The translations under genes and the position numbers were made by a program. A stretch of DNA of 64,000 bases. Source: Fidelibacterota bacterium. GTDB lineage: Bacteria; Fidelibacterota; UBA2242. This document shows, in pieces, positions 17,261 through 26,409 of this stretch. Under the pieces are notes generated by a model. The model ran no database searches and was not told where the DNA came from. It saw nothing but the letters and a program-made list of their open reading frames with translations. The stretch covers positions 29,339-93,338 of the forward strand of contig DAOTJS010000004.1 in NCBI GenBank assembly GCA_035448825.1, read 5' to 3'. The first letter of the stretch is position 1. The number at the start of each line of letters is the position of its first letter.

Positions 17261-17604
17261 AACATACCTACTCTATAATTTGTTAAACTTTTCAACTGAC
17301 TAACTTCAGGTAAGTAAAGTAAATAGACAGCACTATTCGCCTTCCTACCGAGCCTCAAAGTAATTTTATAAGTGAAACTTCCTGCCATGCTTTTTTCTTT
17401 TTATAATATTACTAATATTTAGAACTAATTCAAGCTTTTAATTGATATTTTTGGACTTCAAGAGGACTTTTAGAAGGTTATCGTTTATCTATTCTCAAGG
17501 CATGGGCGTTGGCACGAAATAAATCGCCATGCTTCGATAAACTCATCCTTCGATAAACTCAGGATGACATCCTTAGTATCATTCTGAGAAATGTCACCCT
17601 GAGC
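17051..17604. repeat. Shared 5' module, copy 1 (N-terminal about 70 codons + about 270-nt leader/promoter region + start of hairpin cluster); about 93 percent identical by eye to 19975-20528
   Basis: Constant offset of 2924 nt. The N-terminal peptide is identical: AGLVAHSQESPANRSLIDSPHHSRFSEERLEKSEHFNRHHHPKFPMDQGV. Confidence 0.9.
17406..17433 (-). promoter_or_regulatory. Sigma-70-like promoter candidate for the SBBP gene
   Basis: Minus strand TTGAAT (17433-17428), 16-nt spacer, TAATAT (17411-17406), about 145 nt upstream of the ATG. Conserved in the paralog leader. Confidence 0.3.
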
Positions 17605-17761
17605 TCTAATGTCACTCTGAGCCTGTCGAAGAGTGACATTATCGCTTATCCTATGCCTATCAAGTAACTCATCCTTCGATAAACTCAGGATGACGATAAA
17701 CTCATGCTTCGATAAACTCAGCATGACATAGTAAGTCACCCTGAGTCCATCGAAGGGTGAC
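17528..17761. repeat. Hairpin-repeat cluster C
   Basis: Hairpins at 17544-17566 and 17670-17692 (CATCCT/AGGATG), 17611-17637 (GTCACTCT/AGAGTGAC), 17703-17725 (CATGCT/AGCATG) and 17735-17761 (GTCACCCT/AGGGTGAC). Confidence 0.9.
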
Positions 17762-18120
17762 CTAAAACAATCAGTTACATAAATAACGCCGGCAACAAAG
17801 TCAATCAGGTAAATTCTTTACTTAATTAACACCATCTTCTTGATTTCGCTAAAGCGCTTACTTTTATTACTCATATCCAGAACCTCTAACCGGTAAAAAT
17901 ACAACCCACTGGTAAAATCTGCGCGAGGGCTGAATTTCATAGTATAAACTCCAGGACTCTTGATGCCATCTTCTAGCGTAAGTACTTTCTGACCAATAAG
18001 GTTGTAAATCTCGATCTTAACTAGTGACTGTGAACTGATCGAATAGGTTATAGTAGTAGCCGAGTTGAACGGATTGGGATAGTTCTGGGATAGAGAGTAA
18101 ACCGGTGGTTTCATTTCTTC
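17720..18120. repeat. Shared 3' module, copy 2 (see 13995-14395)
   Basis: Same sequence as copy 1 at an offset of 3725 nt. Confidence 0.9.
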
Positions 18121-20184
18121 GTCCTCTATTCCCACTGCACCAGAGAATTGATAGATTTGTAATCCAGCACTCCCATCTGCGACATAGGCATATGACCCTG
18201 AAACATAAACATTCTCAGCATACTCAGGTGTATCATAATATCCTGCTTCATAAGGTGAAGAAGGGTCTGAAACATTGATTATACTTAGACCAGCAGAACC
18301 ACCTGCAACATAGGCATAAGCCCCTGAAACATAAACGTCCTCAGCCCAATCAGGTATATCATAATATCCTGCTTCGTAATAAGGTGAAGAAGGGTCTGAA
18401 ACATTGATTATCCTTAAACCATACCCATATACAACATAGGCATAAGAACCTGAAACATAAACATCTAAAGCCCAATCAGGTATATCATAATATCCTGCTT
18501 CGTAAGGTGAAGAAGGGTCTGAAACATTGATTATCCTTAAACCAGCATACTCATCTGCAACATAGGCATAAGACCCTGAAACATAAACATCTAAAGCACA
18601 CCCAGGTGTAGCATAATATCCTGCTTCGTAAGGCGAAGAAGGATCTGAAACATTTATTATCCTTAGACCAGCTTCACTGTCTGCAACATAGGCATAAGAA
18701 CCTGAAACATAAACACCATAAGTCCACCCAGGTGTATCATAATATCCTGCTTCGTAAGGTGAAGAAGGGTCTGAAACACTTATTATCCTTAGACCAGCTT
18801 CACTGTCTGCAATATAGGCATAAGAACCTGAAACATAAACATCTAAAGTCCACCCAGGTGTATCATAATATCCTGTTTCGTAAGGTGAAGAAGGGTCTGA
18901 AACATTGATTATCTTTAAACAATACCCATCTGCAACATAGGCATAAGAACCTGAAACATAAACATTCTCAGCATACCCAGGTGTATCATAATATCCTGCT
19001 TCGTAAGGTGAAGAAGGGTCTGAAACATTGATTATCTTTAGACCAGCATACTCATCTACAACATAGGCATAAGAACCTGAAACATAAACATCTAAAGCCC
19101 ACCCAGGTGTAGCATAATATCCTGCTTCATAAGGTGAAGAAGGGTCTGAAACATTGATTATCCTTAAACCATACCCATCTACAACATAGACATAAGACCC
19201 TGAAACATAAATACCCAGAGCATTATCAGATATATCATAATATCCTGCTTCGTAAGGTGAAGAAGGGTCTGAAACATTGACTATCCTTAAACCAGCAAAC
19301 TCATCTGCAACATAGGCATAAGACCCTGAAACATAAACATCTAAAGCCCACCCAGGTGTAGCATGATATCCTGCTTCATAAGGCGAAGAAGGATCTGAAA
19401 CACTTATTATCCTTAGACCAGCTTCACTGTCTGCAACATAGGCATAAGAACCTGAAACATAAACACCATAAGTCCACCCAGGTGTATCATAATATCCTGC
19501 TTCGTAAGGTGAAGAAGGGTCTGAAACATTGATTATCCTTAGACCAGCAAACTCATCTGCAACATAGGCATAAGACCCTGAAACATAAACATCTAAAGCA
19601 TAATTAGGTGTAAAATAATAACCCAATTTAGAGGGGCTTTCAGTATTGGCTACATTCCATATTTCAAGCCCACCTTGACCATCCGCAATGTAAAGTTGCT
19701 GGTTTGATGATTCATAGAAAAAGCCTTCAACAACACCCCTCGTATAGATTGCCTCTGAGATTTTTATCGGATTTGAAGGAACTGAGACATCAAGAATATA
19801 GACACCTCCCCCTGAACCGGCAAATGCAAGATTCCTTACGTTGTCATAGGCAACCGCAAAAGGAAGACCAAATGGCCAATTACCTACAAATCTTACATTC
19901 AAAGAGTCAAAACTTGAAGAGACAGCATAGGCATCTCGAGAGTCTGAAGAATAGTGATTTCTCTGAGGGTGTCCGTCTGAGCGTTCAACTGAGATCACGC
20001 CTTGGTCCATCGGAAACTTAGGATGATGATGCCGATTAAAATGTTCACTTTTCTCTAATCGCTCTTCCGAAAATCGGGAATGATGTGGTGAGTCTATCAA
20101 ACTACGATTTGCCGGTGACTCCTGGGAATGGGCTACAAGTCCTGCCAAAACAAAAATAACTAATGAAACAAAACACCTTTTCAT
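17818..20184 (-). CDS. T9SS-secreted LVIVD repeat protein
   Basis: 788 aa. It has the same signal peptide and His-rich N-terminus as the SBBP paralog. About 13 tandem repeats of 41-42 aa follow (GSYAYVAD..AGLRIINVSDPSSPYEAGYYDTPGW..DVYVS). The Por secretion tail is the same. Confidence 0.9.
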   Translation of the reverse strand: MKRCFVSLVIFVLAGLVAHSQESPANRSLIDSPHHSRFSEERLEKSEHFNRHHHPKFPMDQGVISVERSDGHPQRNHYSSDSRDAYAVSSSFDSLNVRFVGNWPFGLPFAVAYDNVRNLAFAGSGGGVYILDVSVPSNPIKISEAIYTRGVVEGFFYESSNQQLYIADGQGGLEIWNVANTESPSKLGYYFTPNYALDVYVSGSYAYVADEFAGLRIINVSDPSSPYEAGYYDTPGWTYGVYVSGSYAYVADSEAGLRIISVSDPSSPYEAGYHATPGWALDVYVSGSYAYVADEFAGLRIVNVSDPSSPYEAGYYDISDNALGIYVSGSYVYVVDGYGLRIINVSDPSSPYEAGYYATPGWALDVYVSGSYAYVVDEYAGLKIINVSDPSSPYEAGYYDTPGYAENVYVSGSYAYVADGYCLKIINVSDPSSPYETGYYDTPGWTLDVYVSGSYAYIADSEAGLRIISVSDPSSPYEAGYYDTPGWTYGVYVSGSYAYVADSEAGLRIINVSDPSSPYEAGYYATPGCALDVYVSGSYAYVADEYAGLRIINVSDPSSPYEAGYYDIPDWALDVYVSGSYAYVVYGYGLRIINVSDPSSPYYEAGYYDIPDWAEDVYVSGAYAYVAGGSAGLSIINVSDPSSPYEAGYYDTPEYAENVYVSGSYAYVADGSAGLQIYQFSGAVGIEDEEMKPPVYSLSQNYPNPFNSATTITYSISSQSLVKIEIYNLIGQKVLTLEDGIKSPGVYTMKFSPRADFTSGLYFYRLEVLDMSNKSKRFSEIKKMVLIK

Positions 20185-20528
20185 AACATACCTACTCTAT
20201 AATTTGTCAAACTTTCCAACTGACTAACTTCAGGCAAGTAAGGTAAATAGACAGCACTATTCACCTTCCTACCGAGCCTCAAAGTAATTTTATGAGTGAA
20301 ACTTCCTGCCATGCTATTTTATTTTTATAATATTACGAATATTTAGAATTAATTCAAGCTTTTAGTGGATATTTTTGGACTTCAAGTGGACTTTTAGAAG
20401 GTTATCGTTTATCTATTCTCAAGGCATGGGCGTTGGCACGAAATAAATCGCCATGCTTCGATAAACTCATCCTTCGATGAACTCAGGATGACATCCTTAG
20501 TATCATTCTGAGAAATGTCACCCTGAGT
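19975..20528. repeat. Shared 5' module, copy 2 (see 17051-17604)
   Basis: Offset of 2924 nt from copy 1. Confidence 0.9.
20330..20357 (-). promoter_or_regulatory. Sigma-70-like promoter candidate for the LVIVD gene (paralogous to 17406-17433)
   Basis: TTGAAT (20357-20352), 16-nt spacer, TAATAT (20335-20330) on the minus strand. Confidence 0.3.
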
Positions 20529-20699
20529 GTGTCGAAGGGCGACAACATCTCTTATCCTATATCTATCAAGTAACTCATCCTTCGATAAACTCATCCTTCG
20601 ATGAACTCAGGATGACAATGAACTCATGCTTCGATGAACTCACGCTTCGACAGGCTCAGCGTGACATGGTAGGTTACCCTTCGGTAACCTCAGCATGAC
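20452..20699. repeat. Hairpin-repeat cluster D
   Basis: Hairpins at 20468-20490 and 20592-20614 (CATCCT/AGGATG), 20517-20543 (one mismatch), 20641-20663 (CACGCT/AGCGTG) and GGTTACC/GGTAACC at 20672-20689. Terminal arm AGCATG at 20692-20697. Confidence 0.9.
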
Positions 20700-21019
20700 A
20701 TTTTTTGTCTTCTCTTTTTTCTCAGCCTTAGCCTAAAAATGCCGAAGACCAGGAGAAACATCTCCAATCCTTCCCCCTTTCTAATTTCCTCCCAATCAAT
20801 CGCCAATTGTCGAGATTTATCTGGCAAATTATCTCTATTTTTCCTAAATTTGAATCGTGATTTTTGGTATTTTTTTCTTTAATTTCAATCAATTTCTGAA
20901 TATTAAAACCAATTTAACTAGATCAAGGTTTTTACATTTAAATCGAGTATTTTCAGAAAACAAATCAGTTTTTCCGCTTCAAATATAATAGGTAACCATT
21001 TAAAACAAAGGTGATAAAA

Positions 21020-22903
21020 ATGAAACAACTATTTGCTTTCAGTGTAATGATTATGCTATTTCTGTCTAATGAAGAAACCTCCGTTGCGCAAACACGCGAC
21101 CGATCTCAGATTCCCGAAAAATATACCTGGGACTTGACACCGATTTATCCATCAGACGAAGCCTATTTAGTAGCCAAAGATGCTGTAGTCAAAAAATTCG
21201 ATCAGATTCTAAATTACAAAGGCAAACTCGGACAATCGGCTGACCAACTCTATGCTTGCCTTAATCTTCATAGCGAAATTAGTAAGGAAATGGCGCGACT
21301 GGGCTCGTATATCAATTTCAAAGCCGACCTCGATACCCGCGATACGAAATACCTCGGCCTGCGTCAGGAACTCTCGCAACTTGCTACCGAATATTATACG
21401 AAGGCAGCTTTTATTCAACCTGAAATCCTTGAAATCGATCCGGCTAAGCTGAAAAAATTCATTGCTTCCAAAAAAGAATTGAAGGTCTTCGAGTTTTATA
21501 TTAATGACCTGATCCGCGTTAAGAAGCATCTACTTTCCGAAAAAGAAGAAAAAATCATAGCCGAAACAGGCTTATTCGCCGATGCGCCTTATACTATCTA
21601 TGGTCTATTTAGCAATGCCGAATTCCCCTTCCCGGAAATCGTTCTAAGCGACGGAACCAAAGTCAAACTCGATCTGGCTACCTTTGCTACCTTGCGTGCT
21701 CTTCCGGTGCGCGCCGATCGCGAATTGGTTTTCAACTCTTTCTTCGGCAAAATGTATGATTTCCGTCGCACATTTGGGGCAACTATGGACGCCAATATCA
21801 AACAGCATCTTTTTATCGCTCACGTTCGTAATTATAACAGTTGTTTGGAAGCCGCCCTTGATGCCAATAATATTCCCACCAAAGTCTATACGGCTTTGAT
21901 AAAAAACGTTAATGACAATCTACCGACTTTTTACCGTTACCTTAAAATTAAACAGCAGTTGCTCGGCGTGGACACGCTGAAATATACCGACCTTTATACA
22001 CCGGTTGTCAAAGATTTGGCTATTGATTATCCAGTTGAAACTGCTCAAGAGATGATTTTAAGCGCTCTGCAACCACTGGGAAGCGATTACCTCAGCGTTA
22101 TCGAACGCGCTTTTAACGAGCGCTGGATTGATGTTTACCCGACTCCCGCCAAACGGAGTGGCGCTTATTCCGACGGCTCAATTTACGACGTGCATCCCTA
22201 CATTTTGCTCAATTACTGTAATAAATATGATGACGTCGCGACGATGGCGCACGAACTTGGTCACACTATGCACAGCTACTTTTCCAATAAGACGCAACCA
22301 TATCCGCTTGCCGACTACTCGATTTTCGTCGCTGAAGTCGCCTCGACCTTCAACGAAGTTTTGCTTTTTCACGATAATTTAAATAAAGTTACCGATCCCG
22401 ATCAGAAACTTACCCTATTGATGAATTATCTAGATGGCATCAAAGGCACGGTTTTTCGCCAAACGCAGTTTGCCGAGTTTGAACTGCGCATTCATGAAAT
22501 GGCGGAACGTGGTGAGCAGTTGACCGGTGACTCGATGACCGAGCTTTATAAACAAATCGTGCGGACGTATTATGGCCACGACAAAGGTATTTGCTACGTG
22601 GATGACGTCATCAATATCGAATGGGCTTATATTCCCCACTTCTATTATAATTTCTATGTTTATCAGTACGCCACTTCCTTCACAGCCGCTACCGCTTTAG
22701 CCAAAAAAGTATTGGAAGGTGACCAATCCGCTCGGTCCAATTATCTGAATTTCCTTTCTTCCGGCGGTTCCGACTACCCGATCAATCAGTTAAAAGCCGC
22801 CGGTGTTGATATGACTACCGCCGAACCATTCAATCTGACAATGAAGGAAATGAATTGGGTAATGGACGAAATCGAAAAAGTACTCGCCGAAAAGAAGAAG
22901 TAA
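21020..22903 (+). CDS. pepF: Oligoendopeptidase F (M3B family), secreted or periplasmic
   Basis: HELGH zinc motif (MAHELGHTMHSY), downstream Glu in FVAEVASTFNE, and pepF-typical length. The track ORF starts at GTG 21011, but ATG 21020 follows the AGGTGA RBS. A signal peptide is present. Confidence 0.88.
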   Translation: MKQLFAFSVMIMLFLSNEETSVAQTRDRSQIPEKYTWDLTPIYPSDEAYLVAKDAVVKKFDQILNYKGKLGQSADQLYACLNLHSEISKEMARLGSYINFKADLDTRDTKYLGLRQELSQLATEYYTKAAFIQPEILEIDPAKLKKFIASKKELKVFEFYINDLIRVKKHLLSEKEEKIIAETGLFADAPYTIYGLFSNAEFPFPEIVLSDGTKVKLDLATFATLRALPVRADRELVFNSFFGKMYDFRRTFGATMDANIKQHLFIAHVRNYNSCLEAALDANNIPTKVYTALIKNVNDNLPTFYRYLKIKQQLLGVDTLKYTDLYTPVVKDLAIDYPVETAQEMILSALQPLGSDYLSVIERAFNERWIDVYPTPAKRSGAYSDGSIYDVHPYILLNYCNKYDDVATMAHELGHTMHSYFSNKTQPYPLADYSIFVAEVASTFNEVLLFHDNLNKVTDPDQKLTLLMNYLDGIKGTVFRQTQFAEFELRIHEMAERGEQLTGDSMTELYKQIVRTYYGHDKGICYVDDVINIEWAYIPHFYYNFYVYQYATSFTAATALAKKVLEGDQSARSNYLNFLSSGGSDYPINQLKAAGVDMTTAEPFNLTMKEMNWVMDEIEKVLAEKKK

Positions 22904-22952
22904 GTGCTTTTAAGCGCTCTACTAAATAACTATTTGTTACAAGGTTATAAAA

Positions 22953-23004
22953 TGCATGAGTGCATGAATGCGTGAGTGCATGAATGCATGAATGACTGCG
23001 TGAA
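22953..23004. repeat. Tandem 8-nt repeat TGCRTGAR (five contiguous units plus one)
   Basis: Read directly: tgcatgag tgcatgaa tgcgtgag tgcatgaa tgcatgaa (22953-22992) and tgcgtgaa (22997-23004). Confidence 0.85.
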
Positions 23005-23050
23005 TAAATAAATGTAACTGAAAATCACAGAGTTCTTTTCATTTCTTGTA

Positions 23051-23100
23051 AGCACTTAAAAGCACTTAAATGAACTTATTAGAACTTAATAGCGCTTACA
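23051..23100. repeat. Five degenerate 10-nt tandem units (AGCACTTAAA type)
   Basis: agcacttaaa agcacttaaa tgaacttatt agaacttaat agcgcttaca. The first 17 nt are the inverted complement (16/17) of 22902-22918. Confidence 0.8.
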
Positions 23101-24760
23101 ACTGCTCGACGAAATACCTGGCGGACAGTTTTTCACCGGTAGCGCGGACAATCATCTCGTCCCAGCGATACTTCCTGCCGACCGAAAAAATATTGGCTTT
23201 AAGGTAATTCCCCAGATCGGGATTACTGACATATTTAATTTTAGCGACATCGCCAACTCTCTGATGGCGAGCTATCGCTTCGGTCAATTGGGCGGCTAAA
23301 AGTTCACCAAGCTGGTAATTATGATAATAAACCGGGTAAGAACAAACGTGAATCTTGGAAGCCCAATCCGGCTGGTTGCGATTTTCCGGCCGTTTGATCA
23401 TTTGATATTGTTCGACAAGGTCCCACCAGAGTTTATTCAAGTCTTGTTCCGGATTCTCATACAAAGACTTTTCGAAATTATACATTACCAACGACCACCG
23501 GGCAAAAATCAACTTCTGCAGTCTTAACATCTGCGAAGTTGCTTCCCGGATATTGGCTTCTTCCTTGGCATCGAGGTTAAGCATTGCGCGCATCCAGGTT
23601 GGATTCTTCGATAGTTTCTCAAAAAACATCGCAATGGCTTCGGTCGTGAACAAATGAGCTTCCTCCCGCAAAAAGTAAGGCAATTGGCGATCAATATTGG
23701 TCGAATAAACCGCATGTCCCAGTTCATGCAGGACGGTTGCCATCCATTCTTCGTTATTGCGTACGTTTACCATAATGCGCACATCGCCTTCGTGATCAAT
23801 ATCAGTACAATAGGCGTGCGGATACTTGCCCGGTCGTTCATATAAATCACTATTAGCAAGAATTTGGGATACATCTAGACCAATGCCGGCATAAAACTCG
23901 GCAGCTACTTTGATCACATCCTGATTCTGATAATATTGATCGAGGTTGACCGCACTAACAGCCGGAACATCCTGGAAATAGGGATCGGCGTAATGCCAGG
24001 GGCGTAGTTCTTCCGGTTTGATATTAAAGCGTTGGGTTAAAACCGAATCCATTATCGCCTTATCGTGACGGAATGGTTCTCTCGTTGCGGCATCCAGTTC
24101 CTGGAAAATTCGTTCGATCTCCGCCGGGTCTTGCTCATCGGTAATCAATGACATCTGTTGATAGTTATCGAAACCGAGTTTCCGAGCAGCTTCGTTCCGC
24201 AAATGCACCAGAGTCAGAATATCTTTCTCAACGACCGGCGCAACCTGTTTGGAAGCTTCCCAGGCTTTTTTCCGCAATGTGAGATCATTCGACGATACCA
24301 GGATTTCCTTGATATCATTGCCGGTAACTTCGCGGCCGTCAATTTTACCACGGAACTTATTGAATCGAGCTTCAACCGCCGTTTGCATTTCGGTAATTTG
24401 CTTTAACAGGGTTGTGTCGATCTGTTTGGCTAAAAAGCGATAATAAAGAATCTCGACTTGCCGCGCTAATAACGGGTCTTTGATTTTGCTGGCTTTTAAG
24501 GCTTTCAGCTTTTCGAAATCGGCTGGATTGGCATAAATCGTCGCCAGTTCCAGGGAAGCACCGGCATAACGTTCATAATATTCGTCTTTTCCAGAAGCGG
24601 TGGCTTCCCAGTAGGCTAAATTAGCCGCTTCATTCAACGGCTCAATAACATTGGTCAGGCTATCAACAAAAGCCTGCGCCGTCTGTTCGGTCTTCTTGAT
24701 TTTACTGTCACAATTCATCATTAATAACACCATAAAAAACATTAAGGTAAATTTCTTCAT
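23096..24760 (-). CDS. Zinc metallopeptidase, HExxH gluzincin (ACE-like M2 / M3-like dipeptidyl carboxypeptidase), lipoprotein
   Basis: HELGHAVY followed by EEAHLFTTEAIAMF (the third-ligand Glu region). The track ORF extends to 24865, but ATG 24760 follows AGGAG and begins a lipoprotein-type signal MKKFTLMFFMVLLMMNC. Confidence 0.75.
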   Translation of the reverse strand: MKKFTLMFFMVLLMMNCDSKIKKTEQTAQAFVDSLTNVIEPLNEAANLAYWEATASGKDEYYERYAGASLELATIYANPADFEKLKALKASKIKDPLLARQVEILYYRFLAKQIDTTLLKQITEMQTAVEARFNKFRGKIDGREVTGNDIKEILVSSNDLTLRKKAWEASKQVAPVVEKDILTLVHLRNEAARKLGFDNYQQMSLITDEQDPAEIERIFQELDAATREPFRHDKAIMDSVLTQRFNIKPEELRPWHYADPYFQDVPAVSAVNLDQYYQNQDVIKVAAEFYAGIGLDVSQILANSDLYERPGKYPHAYCTDIDHEGDVRIMVNVRNNEEWMATVLHELGHAVYSTNIDRQLPYFLREEAHLFTTEAIAMFFEKLSKNPTWMRAMLNLDAKEEANIREATSQMLRLQKLIFARWSLVMYNFEKSLYENPEQDLNKLWWDLVEQYQMIKRPENRNQPDWASKIHVCSYPVYYHNYQLGELLAAQLTEAIARHQRVGDVAKIKYVSNPDLGNYLKANIFSVGRKYRWDEMIVRATGEKLSARYFVEQL

Positions 24761-24951
24761 ATCGGATAAACTCCTATTAGAAACTTTCTGCAGATATACT
24801 TTATCATTATAATTTTTGCCACTCAATTCGATTTTGAATTTAGCATTAAAGTCACGAGGATTCAAGAATTAACCAGTTAAAATAAACTGTCTTTCAGATT
24901 GATTTAGTTTAAACTTTTTCGTATAATTGGAAAAAGAGAGAAAGGTTTATA

Positions 24952-25647
24952 ATGAGTCAGCGCAAAATATCGGGAGCAAAAATAGCTGGAATGGTTCTTG
25001 TGGTTTTAGGAGTTCTGCTACTTCTGGATAATCTAAACCTGATATTTTTCGATTTAGGCGATTTCCTTCATAATTGGTGGCCGCTAATTTTGATTCTAAT
25101 CGGTTTAAACGAGCTATTCAAAGCCAATCGTTCCGGCGGTTGGTTTTTGATCGGACTGGGAGCAATTCTGATTCTGAAAATCAATGATATTATTAGCGGA
25201 CCTCTATTAATCGCAATGCTGTTGATTTTAGCTGGAATAATTTTAATAATTCGCCCTCGACGATTTTATCCCCAGGAACCTGCGGATAATTCTCAAGCGG
25301 TATCTATCGATGCCAATACCATTAACTTACTAACTGTATTTTCGGAATCCACAAAGAACATCATCTCAGACAACTTCAGTGGAGGCAAAATTGAAACCGT
25401 TTTCGGGAAAATGTCAGTTGATTTGCGTCTGGCTAAAATGCAACCGAGTCGCTGTTGCCTCACCGTCGAAACAGTGTTCGGTCAAACGATTATAATTCTA
25501 CCAGCTGAAATTTCGGTCGAAGTAATCGCCACACCGGTTTTCGGGCAGATAGACAATCAAGCGAAAGCCATATCCAGAGACGACAACCCAGCGGTACTGG
25601 AAATTCGGGCTGAAGTAGTTTTTGGCAAGTTGGAAATTCGCCAATAA
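24952..25647 (+). CDS. LiaF-like membrane protein (N-terminal TM bundle + C-terminal DUF2154-type domain)
   Basis: Four hydrophobic helices, then repeated beta-strand motifs ETVFGKMSVDL, VETVFGQTIIILP and AEVVFGKLEI, typical of the LiaF/YvqF C-terminal domain. Confidence 0.65.
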   Translation: MSQRKISGAKIAGMVLVVLGVLLLLDNLNLIFFDLGDFLHNWWPLILILIGLNELFKANRSGGWFLIGLGAILILKINDIISGPLLIAMLLILAGIILIIRPRRFYPQEPADNSQAVSIDANTINLLTVFSESTKNIISDNFSGGKIETVFGKMSVDLRLAKMQPSRCCLTVETVFGQTIIILPAEISVEVIATPVFGQIDNQAKAISRDDNPAVLEIRAEVVFGKLEIRQ

Positions 25648-25677
25648 ATTGAATAGTCAGGATTTATTAGGGAAAAT

Positions 25678-26397
25678 ATGCATTTCAAAACTAAAACCGT
25701 ACTATTTTTATTAAGTCTCTTAGTAATATTGGCTATGGCAAAAAATCCTCAGGAACCCGATTATTTCCAACTACGGCAGAAAATGGTAAATGAGCAAATT
25801 ATTGCCCGCGGGGTCCGAACCGAATCCGTCATAAAGGCAATGCAAAAGGTTGAACGCCATTTATTTGTGCCCGAACAATATCGGAAATTTGCTTACTCCG
25901 ATCGTCCTTTACCGATTGGCGAAGGGCAAACTATCTCACAACCTTACATCGTAGCCCTGATGACCGAATTGCTGGATTTAAAAAAGAGCGACAAAGTTCT
26001 CGAAATCGGTACCGGCAGTGGTTATCAGGCGGCGATTCTAGCCGAAATTTGCGATAGCGTTTATACGATCGAAATCATCCCCTCGCTCGGAAGGCAAGCT
26101 CAGGCGCTTCTTAAAGAGCTGGGCTACCACAACATCCATTGCAAAATTGGAGACGGTTATCTCGGCTGGCCGGAACATGCACCGTTTGACGGTATAATCG
26201 TCACCTGCGCCCCGTCTAAAATTCCCCAACCACTCAAAGAGCAGCTCGCAGAGGGTGGTCGTATGGTTATTCCGGTTGGCGCAACTTACACCCAGGAACT
26301 GGTCCTGGTTACTAAAAATAAAGGCAAATTAGTCCAAAAATCAATTATTCCGGTACGCTTTGTGCCAATGCTCAGAAATGATTACGACTCATACTAA
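25678..26397 (+). CDS. pcm: Protein-L-isoaspartate O-methyltransferase
   Basis: TISQPYIVALM, SAM motif VLEIGTGSGYQAAILA, and DGIIVTCA. An N-terminal signal-like segment is present. Confidence 0.9.
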   Translation: MHFKTKTVLFLLSLLVILAMAKNPQEPDYFQLRQKMVNEQIIARGVRTESVIKAMQKVERHLFVPEQYRKFAYSDRPLPIGEGQTISQPYIVALMTELLDLKKSDKVLEIGTGSGYQAAILAEICDSVYTIEIIPSLGRQAQALLKELGYHNIHCKIGDGYLGWPEHAPFDGIIVTCAPSKIPQPLKEQLAEGGRMVIPVGATYTQELVLVTKNKGKLVQKSIIPVRFVPMLRNDYDSY

Positions 26398-26409
26398 AAT
26401 ATAATGCGG

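Noticed and set aside
13331-20699. Possibility that the repeat clusters are CRISPR arrays
   Set aside because: Units are 23-27 nt hairpins in both orientations with irregular, partly conserved spacers and tandem half-units. There are no uniform repeat-spacer periodicity, no unique spacers and no cas genes in the window.
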